NCBI GenBank assembly: GCA_038213805.1
Contig: JBBQSO010000006.1
Coordinates: forward strand, 1 to 64,000
Source of the DNA: Planctomycetota bacterium
GTDB taxonomy: Bacteria > Planctomycetota > UBA11346
DNA: 64,000 bases
Reading direction: 5' to 3'
Positions 19,395 through 28,449 of the stretch are shown piece after piece. The notes below the pieces were generated by a model. It searched no databases and was not told where the DNA came from. It saw only the letters and a program-made list of their open reading frames with translations. Position 1 is the stretch's first letter. The number at the start of each line of letters is the position of its first letter. Made by a program: the position numbers and the translations under genes.

Positions 19395-19981
19395 GGGGTT
19401 TCCTCGGGAAGGCCCGCGACCTGGCGAGCGGCGTGACGGCAGGACGCGAGCCAGGCGCGCGCCGCGCGCGGCGGCAGGGTGCGCGCGGTGGTGACGCCGC
19501 CGACCAGCAGCGCGAGCAGCGCCGGGGCGCGCGTCGCCGCGGTGGCCGCAGGGCCGGGCAGGTTGGCCTGCAGAAAGGCGCACAGGCGCTGCACCGGCGA
19601 TGCCATGGCCGCGCCCAGGCGGCGGTCGTAGCGCGGCAGCTCCGCGCCCAAAGTCGGGATCGAGCAGCCGCATTCCGGGTGGTCGCGGTGCCACATCGAC
19701 AGGTAGTGGGTGATGGTGGCCGCGATCAGCGCGTCCCCGCGCAGGTGCGCGACCTTCCCGAACAGCCGGTTGCGCGCCGGGTCCACCGCATCGCTCGCCA
19801 GGGTCGCCGCAAGCAGTTCGTCCTTGGAGCGGAAGTGTGCGTAGAATCCGCCGTGCGTGAGCCCGGCTCCGCCCATCACCGCATCAATCCCACTCGCGGC
19901 GAACCCCCGCCCGCGGAACGCCGCCGTCGCCGCGGCAAGGATGCGTTCCCGGGTGTCCGCGCGCTTGGCTGCCGCTGTCAT
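19391..19981 (-). CDS. TetR/AcrR-family transcriptional regulator
   Basis: RERILAAATAAFRGRGFAASGIDAVMGGAGLTHGGFYAHFRSKDEL. Confidence 0.93.
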   Translation of the reverse strand: MTAAAKRADTRERILAAATAAFRGRGFAASGIDAVMGGAGLTHGGFYAHFRSKDELLAATLASDAVDPARNRLFGKVAHLRGDALIAATITHYLSMWHRDHPECGCSIPTLGAELPRYDRRLGAAMASPVQRLCAFLQANLPGPAATAATRAPALLALLVGGVTTARTLPPRAARAWLASCRHAARQVAGLPEETP

Positions 19982-19991
19982 GCCAGAAACG

Positions 19992-20009
19992 ATATGACGA
20001 TCGTCATAT
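19992..20009. promoter_or_regulatory. TetR operator (perfect 18-bp palindrome)
   Basis: ATATGACGATCGTCATAT, 10 bp upstream of the TetR ATG, next to a minus-strand TTGTAA -35-like hexamer. Confidence 0.8.
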
Positions 20010-20063
20010 TTACAAGGGAACTTGCGGGAGGGAGAGGGGCGGAGTGCGGGTGCGGTTGCGAAA

Positions 20064-20097
20064 TACGAGATGCGAGATGCGAGGCTCGAGACGTGAG
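20064..20097. repeat. Degenerate heptamer array (TGCGAGA-like x5)
   Basis: TACGAGA TGCGAGA TGCGAGG CTCGAGA CGTGAG; reverse complement of the CCTCGCA family. Confidence 0.6.
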
Positions 20098-20242
20098 AGA
20101 ACCGGCTTACGCGTCGGGCAACAGGCTCATGCTCTATGGAAGGCGGACGGAACACGGGGCTGTTGGGCCCGGTGCGATGCTCAGATGCCGAATGGCAAGG
20201 CAGTCCGGCAGTCCTCTCGCGCCTCGCGGCTCCCCCGCCCCA

Positions 20243-20290
20243 TTGACATAGTGTCACCAGTACACTATATGTGTGTACGAGATACACGAA
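20243..20290 (+). promoter_or_regulatory. Promoter with two tandem NrtR boxes
   Basis: TTGACA at 20243-20248; ATAGTGT-caccagt-ACACTAT (20248-20268) and GTGT-acgagat-ACAC (20273-20287) both fit the NrtR GT-N7-AC palindrome. Confidence 0.8.
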
Positions 20291-20291
20291 G

Positions 20292-20981
20292 ATGTCCCAC
20301 ACCTACGACTACCCCCGCGCCGCCCTGACCGTGGACTGCGTGGTCTTCGGCCTGGACGAGGACGACCTCAAGGTGCTGCTCATCCAGCGCGGGCAGGAGC
20401 CCTTCGTCGGGCGCTGGGCGCTGCCGGGCGGCTTCGTCCACATCGACGAGACCATCGACCAGGCGGCGCGTCGCGAGCTGCACGAGGAGACCGGACTGAG
20501 TAGGGTCTACCTCGAGCAGCTCTACACCGTCGGCGATCTCGGGCGCGACCCGCGCGAACGCGTGGTCACCGTCGCCTACTATGCGCTGGTGCGCCTCGGC
20601 GACCACCGCGTGCAGGCCGCCACCGACGCGCGCAACGCGGCGTGGTTCGCGGTCGACGACCCGCCGCGCCTGGCCTTCGACCACGACGCCATCCTCGCGC
20701 TCGCGCTCGCGCGGCTGCAGGGCAAGGTGCGCTACCAGCCGCTCGGCTTCGAACTGCTGCCGCCCAAATTCTCACTCACGCGCCTGCAGCGCATGTACGA
20801 GATCATCCTCGAGCGGTCGCTCGATAAGCGCAACTTCCGCAAGAAGGTGCTGTCCCTCGGCATCCTCGAAGAGCTCGACGAGGTCGAGCAGGACGTCGCG
20901 CACCGTGCCGCCCGCCTCTACCGCTTCGACGAGCGCACCTACCGCCAGCTGGTCAAAGACGGCTTCAACTTCGAACTGTGA
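20292..20981 (+). CDS. nrtR: NrtR, ADP-ribose-responsive Nudix-HTH regulator
   Basis: TVDCVVFG…[19 protein letters not shown]…[17 protein letters not shown]…RDPRERV, C-terminal w[12 protein letters not shown]…RAARLYRF. Confidence 0.93.
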   Translation: MSHTYDYPRAALTVDCVVFGLDEDDLKVLLIQRGQEPFVGRWALPGGFVHIDETIDQAARRELHEETGLSRVYLEQLYTVGDLGRDPRERVVTVAYYALVRLGDHRVQAATDARNAAWFAVDDPPRLAFDHDAILALALARLQGKVRYQPLGFELLPPKFSLTRLQRMYEIILERSLDKRNFRKKVLSLGILEELDEVEQDVAHRAARLYRFDERTYRQLVKDGFNFEL

Positions 20982-20989
20982 GGATCGCC

Positions 20990-21610
20990 ATGACCACCGC
21001 CCTCATCCTGGTCGACATCCAGAACGACTTCTGCCCGGGCGGCGCCCTGGCCGTGCCGCACGGCGACGTCGTGGTTGCGCCCGCCAACCGCCTGAGCGCG
21101 CGCGCCGGACTGGTGGTCGCGACCCAGGACTGGCATCCCGCCGCGCACGGCAGCTTCGCCGCCAACCACCCCGGCGCGGCGCCGTTCACCCTTGGCGAGC
21201 TCGGCGGCCTGCCCCAGGTGATGTGGCCCGCGCACTGCGTGCAGTGGACCGGCGGCGCGCAGTTCCACCCCGGCCTGGACACCACGCGCATCGCACGCGT
21301 CTTCCCCAAGGGCACCGATCCCGGCATCGACAGCTATTCGGGCTTCTTCGACAACGGCCGGCGCCAGGCCACCGGCCTGGGCGAGTGGCTGCGCGCGCAG
21401 GGGGTCGACGCCGTGCAGGTGTGCGGCCTGGCCACCGACTTCTGTGTCAAGGCCACCGCCATCGACGCCGCCCAGCTCGGCTTCCGCACCACCCTGGTCG
21501 AGGACGCCTGCCGTGGCGTCGGCCTAGCCCCCGGCGACATCCCCGCCGCGCTCGCCGCCATGCGCGCCGCGGGGGTGGAGATCACCACCATGGCCGCGCT
21601 GGGGCTCTGA
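20990..21610 (+). CDS. pncA: Nicotinamidase/pyrazinamidase
   Basis: ALILVDIQNDFCPGGALAV, TQDWHP, WPAHCVQ, KG…DSYSGF, GLATDFCVKATA. Confidence 0.95.
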   Translation: MTTALILVDIQNDFCPGGALAVPHGDVVVAPANRLSARAGLVVATQDWHPAAHGSFAANHPGAAPFTLGELGGLPQVMWPAHCVQWTGGAQFHPGLDTTRIARVFPKGTDPGIDSYSGFFDNGRRQATGLGEWLRAQGVDAVQVCGLATDFCVKATAIDAAQLGFRTTLVEDACRGVGLAPGDIPAALAAMRAAGVEITTMAALGL

Positions 21611-21611
21611 C

Positions 21612-22670
21612 GTGCTGCCGGTCGAGCGTTATGCGGGCTGCCTGGTCGGGACGGCGGTGGGCGACAGCCTGCTGCTGCCCGCCGAGGGGCTGTCGCGCCG
21701 GCGCGTGGCGCGGCGCTGGTCGGGACCGCTGCGCCACCGCCTGCTGTTCGGCCACGGCCTAGTCAGCGACGACACCGAGCACCACTTTCTGCTCGCGCGC
21801 TGCCTGGCGGCGGAGCCACGCGATCCCGCCGCCTTCGCGCGCCGCCTCGCATGGTGCTTGCGCTGGTGGCTGGTCGCGCTGCCACCGGGCTGCGGTAAGG
21901 CCACCGCCCTGGGCATCATCCGCCTGTGGCTGGGCTGGTCGCCGGCCCGCGCCGGCGTCCATTCTGGCGGCAACGGTCCGTGCATGCGTGCGGCGCTGAT
22001 CGGCGCTGTGCACGCCGATGACGCAGAGTTGCGGTGCGCGTACGTCCACGCCTCGACGTCGCTGACCCACCGCCACCCGCACGCCCTCGCCGCCGCCCAG
22101 GCGGTCGCCGCGACGGCTGCCTGGCTGGTACGCGGTGGCAGCGAGGATGATTTGTGGCCGCTGCTCGCCGACCCCGATCCGGATTGGCGGCGCGTACTCG
22201 CCGTGCTGCGCGCATGGCGCCAGGAAGGAGCGGATTGCGACGCGCTCGCGGCCGCGCTCGGCTGCCCCGGATATGTCACCGGCTGGAGCCTGCACAGCGT
22301 GCCCTTCGCGCTCGGCTGCTGGCTGCACCACCATGGCGATGCCGCCGCCGGACTCGCTGCGGCGCTGCGCGCCGGCGGCGACACCGACACCGTCGGCGCC
22401 ATCGCCGGGGCGCTCTTCGGCGTCGAGGGAGGAGAGGCGGCCTTCCCCACGGCCTGGGTCGACGGCATCGTCGACCGGCCGGTGTCGGTCGCCGCACTGC
22501 GCGCCGCCGCGGCGACGCTTGCCGGCGCCCCGCGCGCGCGCTGGGCGTGGCCGCTGCTGCCGCTGCGCAACCTCGGCTTCCTCATCGTGGCCCTGGTGCA
22601 CATCGCCGGGCGCTGGCTGGCGTGGCCGGCTGTGCGACCGCGTGCAGAAGGAGACGCCCATGCCCGATGA
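21612..22670 (+). CDS. ADP-ribosylglycohydrolase (DraG/ARH family) with hydrophobic C-terminal tail
   Basis: GCLVGTAVGDSL, VSDDTEH, SGGNGPCMRA, LTHRHP, GGDTDTVGAIAGAL; tail LRNLGFLIVALVH. Confidence 0.9.
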   Translation: MLPVERYAGCLVGTAVGDSLLLPAEGLSRRRVARRWSGPLRHRLLFGHGLVSDDTEHHFLLARCLAAEPRDPAAFARRLAWCLRWWLVALPPGCGKATALGIIRLWLGWSPARAGVHSGGNGPCMRAALIGAVHADDAELRCAYVHASTSLTHRHPHALAAAQAVAATAAWLVRGGSEDDLWPLLADPDPDWRRVLAVLRAWRQEGADCDALAAALGCPGYVTGWSLHSVPFALGCWLHHHGDAAAGLAAALRAGGDTDTVGAIAGALFGVEGGEAAFPTAWVDGIVDRPVSVAALRAAAATLAGAPRARWAWPLLPLRNLGFLIVALVHIAGRWLAWPAVRPRAEGDAHAR

Positions 22671-23037
22671 TCTCGTGACGCTCTATCGTCCGACTGGCGC
22701 CGCGGAGCTCGCCCTGGTGCGTGCCAGCGGCTTCTGGCGCTGGCCGCCGCGCCTGCCTGCACAGCCGATCTTCTACCCGGTCGCTAATCGCGACTACGCG
22801 ATCCAGATCGCGCGCGATTGGAACCTGCCCGAACGGGGCTACGGCTGCGTGACGAGATTCCACGTCGCCAAGTCCTTCATGGACCGCTATCCGCTGCAGA
22901 AGGTGGGCGGTCGCGAGCACCTGGAGTGGTGGATCCCCGCAGGGGACCTCGAGGCGCTCAATGACCACCTCGTGGGCCTCATCGAGGTGCTCGACGAATT
23001 CTGCTCCGGTGACGTCGCCCTGTCGCCGACCGTGTGA
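22660..23037 (+). CDS. Small conserved protein usually labelled 'ADP-ribosylation/crystallin J1'; possible ADP-ribosyltransferase fold
   Basis: TLYRPTG..EL.LV…WPPRLP.QPIFYPV.N..YA.QIARDWN…VTRF.V…VGG.EH.E.WIP; GAAGGAG RBS before ATG 22660. Confidence 0.8.
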   Translation: MPDDLVTLYRPTGAAELALVRASGFWRWPPRLPAQPIFYPVANRDYAIQIARDWNLPERGYGCVTRFHVAKSFMDRYPLQKVGGREHLEWWIPAGDLEALNDHLVGLIEVLDEFCSGDVALSPTV

Positions 23038-23090
23038 GAACTGCACCGTACCCCCGCCAAGGCGGGCACGGCACCTGCTGGAGACCGTCC

Positions 23091-23975
23091 ATGCAACCTG
23101 CACCTGTGCCCCCGGCACCCCGCCCCTCCCGCGACGATCTGCGCACCCGCGCCGCCAGCGTGCGCGGCGTGCTCTCCACCGGCACCTATGACCTCGCCGA
23201 CGGCCGCCGCGTCGACATCCAGGCCGCGCTCGCCGCCACCTGCGCGGGAACACGCCTGATCAGGCCGGCCGACTGGCCCGCCCTCGAGTCCGCGGTTGCG
23301 GCGCGCGCCGCCGAGGCCGCGCCCTGCCCGATTGCGATGACCGGCGAAACCTCCATTGCCGCGCTGCGCCGTCTGGTCGTCGTCGAGGCGCGTTCGCGCG
23401 TGGCAGTGCTCAACTTCGCCTCGGCACGCAATCCCGGCGGTGGTTGGGAGAACGGCGCGGAGGCGCAGGAGGAGAGCATCGCCCGCGTCTCGGGCCTGGT
23501 CGCGACCCTCGAACGGTGCCCGGACTACTACCGCATCAACCGCGCACAGGAAAGCCTGCTCTACACCGACCATGCCATCTGGTCCCCGGCGGTGCCGGTC
23601 TTCGCCGACGATGCCGGGGTGTGGGAGGCGGTCCCTTTCGTCGTCGATATCATCACCATGCCCGCGCCCAATGCCGGCGCGATGACCGCCGAGGACGACC
23701 TGCGCGGCGTTCTGCCGACGCTGCACGCTCGCATCTCCAAGGTGCTGGCGCTTGCCGCAGCGATGGACTGCGCGCACCTCGTGCTGGGCGCCTGGGGTTG
23801 CGGCGCTTTTGGCAATCAACCCGACTTCGTCGCAGGCCTCTTCGCCGAGGCCCTAGATCCCGCCTCCACCACCTGGCGCCGCCGATTCGCCTCCATCACC
23901 TTTGCCGTCTTCGACACGTCCCGCCGTCGTGCCGCGTTCACGGCATTTTCCGCCAAATTCGCCCCCCGTCCGTGA
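23091..23975 (+). CDS. Bacterial poly(ADP-ribose) glycohydrolase-like macrodomain protein (TIGR02452/DUF2263)
   Basis: VLNFASARNPGGGWENGAEAQEESIAR (GGG-x-QEE PARG signature), LVLGAWGCGAFGN. Confidence 0.92.
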   Translation: MQPAPVPPAPRPSRDDLRTRAASVRGVLSTGTYDLADGRRVDIQAALAATCAGTRLIRPADWPALESAVAARAAEAAPCPIAMTGETSIAALRRLVVVEARSRVAVLNFASARNPGGGWENGAEAQEESIARVSGLVATLERCPDYYRINRAQESLLYTDHAIWSPAVPVFADDAGVWEAVPFVVDIITMPAPNAGAMTAEDDLRGVLPTLHARISKVLALAAAMDCAHLVLGAWGCGAFGNQPDFVAGLFAEALDPASTTWRRRFASITFAVFDTSRRRAAFTAFSAKFAPRP

Positions 23976-24033
23976 TGCACGTGTCGCGTTTCAAGTCTGT
24001 GCCCACCTCCTCGACCCCCGGACCCAGAATACC

Positions 24034-24555
24034 ATGCCTCTCACCATCCTCCACAGCGGCCGCTTCCTCGAACTCGTCGCCGAGGGCAAATGGGAATTCG
24101 CGCGCCGCCGCAACGCCACCGCCGTGGTCGGCATCGTCGCGGTGACGCCCGCGGGCGGACTGCTGCTGGTTGAGCAGCACCGCATCCCGGTGGGGGCGGT
24201 GGTCGTCGAACTGCCGGCCGGGCTGGTCGGTGACGAGCAGGTCGACGAGGACCTGACCACCGCGGCGGCGCGCGAACTCGAGGAGGAGACCGGCTGGCGC
24301 CCCACCAGCTGTAGCGTGCTTGGTCGTGGCCCATCCTCGGCTGGCCTGACCAGTGAGATCACCACCCTGATCCGCGCGCATGGCCTGGTCCGGATCAGCG
24401 CGGGCGGCGGAGTCGCCGGCGAGAACATCACGGTGCGTGAAGTAACCCTGCACGAAGTCGCCGCCTGGCTGGCCGCTCGCGCCGCCGCGGGCGCGCTCAT
24501 AGACCACAAGATTTACGCTGGGATGTGGTGGCTGGCGCAGGAGGCGCGGCCATGA
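24034..24555 (+). CDS. Nudix hydrolase, ADP-ribose pyrophosphatase-like
   Basis: LLVEQHRIPV…ELPAGLVG…AAARELEEETGW Nudix box. Confidence 0.88.
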   Translation: MPLTILHSGRFLELVAEGKWEFARRRNATAVVGIVAVTPAGGLLLVEQHRIPVGAVVVELPAGLVGDEQVDEDLTTAAARELEEETGWRPTSCSVLGRGPSSAGLTSEITTLIRAHGLVRISAGGGVAGENITVREVTLHEVAAWLAARAAAGALIDHKIYAGMWWLAQEARP

Positions 24556-25097
24556 GCGCCCACCAGGCCGCCAGCAAATGGCTGAGCTGGGCGCTCCGCC
24601 ACGATCCCCAGGCCGCCGGCATAGTATTCGAGGAGGCGGGCTGGACCGCCGTCCCCGCCCTGCTCGACGCCGCGGCCCGTGCCGGCCACGTGCTCGACCG
24701 CGCGCAGCTCGGAGCCCTCGTAGCGGCCAGCGACAAGCAGCGCTTCGCGCTCAGCCCAGATGGCTTGCTTATCCGCGCCAATCAGGGCCATTCGGTGCCG
24801 GTCGAACTGGGACTGCCCGCGCGCGAACCGCCCGCCGTGCTCTTCCATGGCACCGCGGAGCGCTTCCTGCCGGACATCCGCCGCGACGGGCTGCAGCGGC
24901 GCGCGCGCCATCACGTCCACCTCAGCGCTGAGCCCGCGACCGCCGATGCGGTCGGCGGTCGCCATGGCCGGTCTGTAGTGCTGCGGGTGGATGCCGCGCG
25001 CATGCACGCGGACGGACTGGTCTTCAACTGCTCGACGAATGGCGTTTGGCTCGTCGACGAGGTCCCCCCGCAGTACCTGGAGGAGCCCCATGCCTGA
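24552..25097 (+). CDS. kptA: RNA 2'-phosphotransferase (KptA/Tpt1)
   Basis: SKWLSWALRHDP, DKQRF, IRANQGHS, LFHGT, RHHVHLS, NGVWL. Confidence 0.95.
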   Translation: MSAHQAASKWLSWALRHDPQAAGIVFEEAGWTAVPALLDAAARAGHVLDRAQLGALVAASDKQRFALSPDGLLIRANQGHSVPVELGLPAREPPAVLFHGTAERFLPDIRRDGLQRRARHHVHLSAEPATADAVGGRHGRSVVLRVDAARMHADGLVFNCSTNGVWLVDEVPPQYLEEPHA

Positions 25098-26070
25098 TGC
25101 ACCACCTTCCGGCAATGGGCTACGCGACCGCCTGATGGGCGGCCTGATCGGCACGCTGGTCGGCGACGCCCTGGGCGTACCGGTGGAATTCACCGGCCGT
25201 AGCATGCGCGACCACGATCCGGTCACCGGTATGCGCGGCTTCGGAACCTGGAACCAGCCGGCGGGGACCTGGAGCGACGACAGCTCGCTGACCTTGGTCA
25301 CCGCCGATGTGCTCAGGGCGCACGGCTGGGATCCGCCGCGGCTCATGGACGGTTTCTGCGCCTGGCTCGATGAGGGGCACTGGTCGGCGCATGGCGTGGC
25401 GTTCGACGTCGGCAACGCCACGCGCAACGCCATCATGCTCTACCGCATCGGCGGCGACTGGCGGACGTGCGGGCAGGCGCACGAGCAGGACAACGGCAAC
25501 GGCTCGCTGATGCGCATCATGCCGGCATCCTGCTGGCGGTTCGGTGCGCCGTTCGAGGAGCAGGTGCGCCTGGCAGGCGAGGCCAGCGCGCTGACCCACG
25601 CGCATCTGCGTTCGCGTCTGTGCTGTGCCTGGCATGCGGCGTGGTGCGATGCCCTGCTCAGCGGGCGCGACGTGCGCAGCGCGGCGCGCACCGCCAGCGA
25701 CCGGCTGCGGCGCCACGTCCCGGATGATGAGCGTGAACCGCTGCGCCGCCTCCTTGATGGCTCGGTGCTTGACCTCCCGCGCGAGGTGGTGGTCAGTGGC
25801 GGCTATGTGGTCTCGACACTTGAGGCCGCGCTGTGGTGTCTTGCGCGCCACGAGGACTTCCCTGGTGCGGTGCTGGCGGCGGTGAATCTGGGTGGCGACG
25901 CCGACACCACCGGCGCGGTCGCTGGTGGCATGGCTGGCCTGCGCGGTGGGCTGTCAGCGATCCCAGCAGAGTGGATCGCCACGCTGGCGCGTAGCCGCGA
26001 GGTGGTGGCGCTCGCCGACTCCTTCGCCGACGCCTGCCTGGCGCACTGGAGCGCCGCTCCGCCCGTGTGA
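25090..26070 (+). CDS. ADP-ribosylglycohydrolase (DraG/ARH family), second copy
   Basis: GDALGVPVEF, GTWSDDSSL, FDVGNAT, NGNGSLMRI, GYVVSTLEAALW, AVNLGGDADTTGAVAG. Confidence 0.93.
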   Translation: MPDAPPSGNGLRDRLMGGLIGTLVGDALGVPVEFTGRSMRDHDPVTGMRGFGTWNQPAGTWSDDSSLTLVTADVLRAHGWDPPRLMDGFCAWLDEGHWSAHGVAFDVGNATRNAIMLYRIGGDWRTCGQAHEQDNGNGSLMRIMPASCWRFGAPFEEQVRLAGEASALTHAHLRSRLCCAWHAAWCDALLSGRDVRSAARTASDRLRRHVPDDEREPLRRLLDGSVLDLPREVVVSGGYVVSTLEAALWCLARHEDFPGAVLAAVNLGGDADTTGAVAGGMAGLRGGLSAIPAEWIATLARSREVVALADSFADACLAHWSAAPPV

Positions 26071-26095
26071 AGGCCGGGGCGTTGAACGCGCTACG

Positions 26096-26524
26096 TCAGC
26101 GCGCACCATCCGGCGCAGCCAGACGCTCCGCCAACGCGAAGATCCCCCGCCCGCACGGCAGCGATGCCAGCTCGCGCAGGATGGGCAGCGCGCATTCCAG
26201 CCCCTGGCGCAGCGCCGCAGCATCGCCGCTGACCGCGCAGCGCTGCCAATGCGCGGCGCTCTCCGCGGCGTTCTCCTCGAAGCCGTCCATCGACAGCCCG
26301 GCGCACAGCCAGTCGGCCTCGGAGAGGCCCTGCAGGCCCTTGGGGAAATCCGCAAAGAAGTCTGCGCATTCCCGCCACTGCGCCAGGGCCGCCGCGCGCG
26401 CCTGCGTGTCCGGGATCAGCAGCGACGCCCACGGCCCGACGGCCTGCGCGAGGATCCAGCCGAGCTGCGGATAGAATCCGTCAGGCAGCGGACCGGCAGC
26501 GGGGAGTGGAGGGCTGGTGGCCAC
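26096..26524 (-). CDS. Hypothetical protein
   Basis: 142-aa ORF with plausible codon usage, convergent on the operon end. Confidence 0.5.
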   Translation of the reverse strand: MATSPPLPAAGPLPDGFYPQLGWILAQAVGPWASLLIPDTQARAAALAQWRECADFFADFPKGLQGLSEADWLCAGLSMDGFEENAAESAAHWQRCAVSGDAAALRQGLECALPILRELASLPCGRGIFALAERLAAPDGAR

Positions 26525-26934
26525 GATGCCGGAACCATGCTGCCCGCCGCCTCGAGCCCAAGCGGCATCAGGCGCGGCTGCGGCACCAAGGATGATACAT
26601 CGCGGCCGCTTTCACGGTTCCGCGCAGAGGCTCGCAAAGCCGTAACCGTGGCCCAGCTGGTGGCCGGTGGCACGCCGGTTGGTTCCGACCGCCCACGCGC
26701 GAAGTGAGCGGCGTCCACGCGGTAGCCCGGCAGAGGTGGCGGCTGCTGCCGGCATACCAAGCGCATTCCGGAGCATGACTCCGGGCGCGCGTCTGCACCG
26801 CGACCTCGTCTCATGTCAGCGCAGGTCGGATAGTATTCGCTCGCGCACCAGAAGATCAGGCGCTGAGTCATCGCCACTGCAATGGGAGCGCAGGGTCTCA
26901 CCCCAGGCGTGAGCGTCAGCTGCGGTGAGACCCC

Positions 26935-27195
26935 TCAGCCTTCCGCGGGCAACACGCGGTACCGGGCCGAATCATCGAGATCGCGGTCGTCGACGATCAC
27001 CCAGGCCTCGTTGTCGAAGATCAGATCGTAGCAGAAACCCTCGGAGCCATCGCTGCGCTCGCTGGCGACGCCGGTGATGCGTCCGATGGCGCCGGGCGGG
27101 GTGGTGCGCTCCGCGTCCTCGCAGTCGAGATCGACTTCGCCGGTGAGGGTCGCAACGCGCGTGCCGCGCGGCAGGGGGTGGGACAGGGCGCTCAT
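26935..27195 (-). CDS. Small acidic hypothetical protein (possible SH3-like barrel)
   Basis: 86-aa ORF MSALSHPLPRGTRV…; followed by 10-bp inverted repeat GGGTCTCACC/GGTGAGACCC (26893-26933). Confidence 0.6.
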   Translation of the reverse strand: MSALSHPLPRGTRVATLTGEVDLDCEDAERTTPPGAIGRITGVASERSDGSEGFCYDLIFDNEAWVIVDDRDLDDSARYRVLPAEG

Positions 27196-27413
27196 GCGCG
27201 CATTGCAGGGCGCATGACGGGCAGCGCAAGGTGGAAGACGTGGGGCGCAGGTAGCTGCGCCTGATGCGCCGCGCAGGCAGTGCCCGGCGGCCCCCGCCGC
27301 TACGTGGTCGCGGGCCACGCGACGGCGGCGCTTGCAACCGCCGAACGATGCTGCCATTGCCAAGCCGGAACCCATCCGTACAAGACCAGGAACCCGCAGA
27401 AAGCGAGCACACC

Positions 27414-27515
27414 ATGGTCAAGGAAAAGCAAACCCAGCGCGAGGGCAAGAAGGCTCCCGCCTCCTCCAAGAAGGAGAAGAAGGCCGCCAAGGCCGCGAAG
27501 CGCGCCACCAAGTAG
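27414..27515 (+). CDS. 33-aa Lys-rich small protein
   Basis: MVKEKQTQREGKKAPASSKKEKKAAKAAKRATK; strong AAG/GCC codon bias; own terminator. Confidence 0.7.
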   Translation: MVKEKQTQREGKKAPASSKKEKKAAKAAKRATK

Positions 27516-27542
27516 CCTGTGCGAGCCGCATGGCCGCCCAGC

Positions 27543-27575
27543 GAACCCCGGTGCCCGTCACCGGGGTTTCTCGTT
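27543..27575 (+). terminator. Intrinsic terminator
   Basis: AACCCCGGTG-cccgt-CACCGGGGTT followed by a pyrimidine-rich run. Confidence 0.7.
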
Positions 27576-27702
27576 GGTACCGTGAGCGCGCAACTCAGGG
27601 GGGGGCTGGACGGTCGTTGGCCTGCAGACCATGCCGAGAAAAGCCACATGACCGGAGGCTTGGATTCGGCTAACATCAGGCAGCCACCCCCGAGGAGCCC
27701 CC

Positions 27703-28056
27703 ATGCGTCGCCTCATGCCCATGCTCGTGCTGGCGATCCTATGCGCCCCAGTGCCGCTCTCTGCGGCGGATGGTGCGGCGGCCGCGACCAATACGCCGAC
27801 ACCCGCGGCGAGCGCGAAGGTCGCCTTCGGCCTCATCACCGTCGCGGCCGATGGCCACTCGCTGACCATCACTGATCCCAAGGGCGTCGCGCTGACCCTG
27901 GCCATCACCGCGAAGACGACGGTGACTCGCGATCTCGATACCATTCCGCTCGCCAGGCTCGCGCTCGATAAGAACGTGCGCGTCACCTACACCGGCACGA
28001 CCGCGGATGCGATCGACCAGCTCTCGCCGGACAAGAAGAAGAAAAAGAAGACCTGA
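27703..28056 (+). CDS. Small secreted OB-fold-like protein with poly-Lys tail
   Basis: GAGGAG RBS, signal peptide, GxITxV…SLTI…TTV…VRVTY pattern, ends DKKKKKKT. Confidence 0.75.
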   Translation: MRRLMPMLVLAILCAPVPLSAADGAAAATNTPTPAASAKVAFGLITVAADGHSLTITDPKGVALTLAITAKTTVTRDLDTIPLARLALDKNVRVTYTGTTADAIDQLSPDKKKKKKT

Positions 28057-28086
28057 GCGGACCGCGCGGCACCGTCGTCCGGGCGC

Positions 28087-28449
28087 TCACCAGAACAGGT
28101 AGCCCGCCAGCAGCAGGCCGATCGCCGCGAAGGCGATGCCGGTCCATACCGGCAGGCCGCGCGAGTACGGATGGGGCAGGTCGGCGGGGCGCAGCGCTGC
28201 GGCGAAGCGGCGGAACTGCAGGGCGGACAGCAGGCACAACAACGAGCCGACCACCACCAGGAGGACGCCGATCGCGGTGCTCGCGCCCTCCTTCGCGCCC
28301 AGTGCGGGATCATGCGCGAGGTAGCGCAGGAACAGCCCGAAGCGCGCGACCATGAAGCCCAGGCCGATGGCGGTCGCGCCGGTGCGCACCCAGGCGAGCA
28401 GCGTGCGCTCTGCGGCGAAGAAGACCCGGGGATCGTGATTCTCGTCCAC
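28087..28449 (-). CDS. DUF202/YidH-family membrane protein
   Basis: DPRVFFAAERTLLAWVRT…GFMVARF; three hydrophobic helices; GGAGG RBS before GTG. Confidence 0.9.
   Translation of the reverse strand: MDENHDPRVFFAAERTLLAWVRTGATAIGLGFMVARFGLFLRYLAHDPALGAKEGASTAIGVLLVVVGSLLCLLSALQFRRFAAALRPADLPHPYSRGLPVWTGIAFAAIGLLLAGYLFW

Noticed and set aside
26610..26690. c-di-GMP-I riboswitch-like CGCAAAGCC
   Set aside because: The upstream GGCAAAC/GAAA-tetraloop stem and the downstream conserved elements are missing
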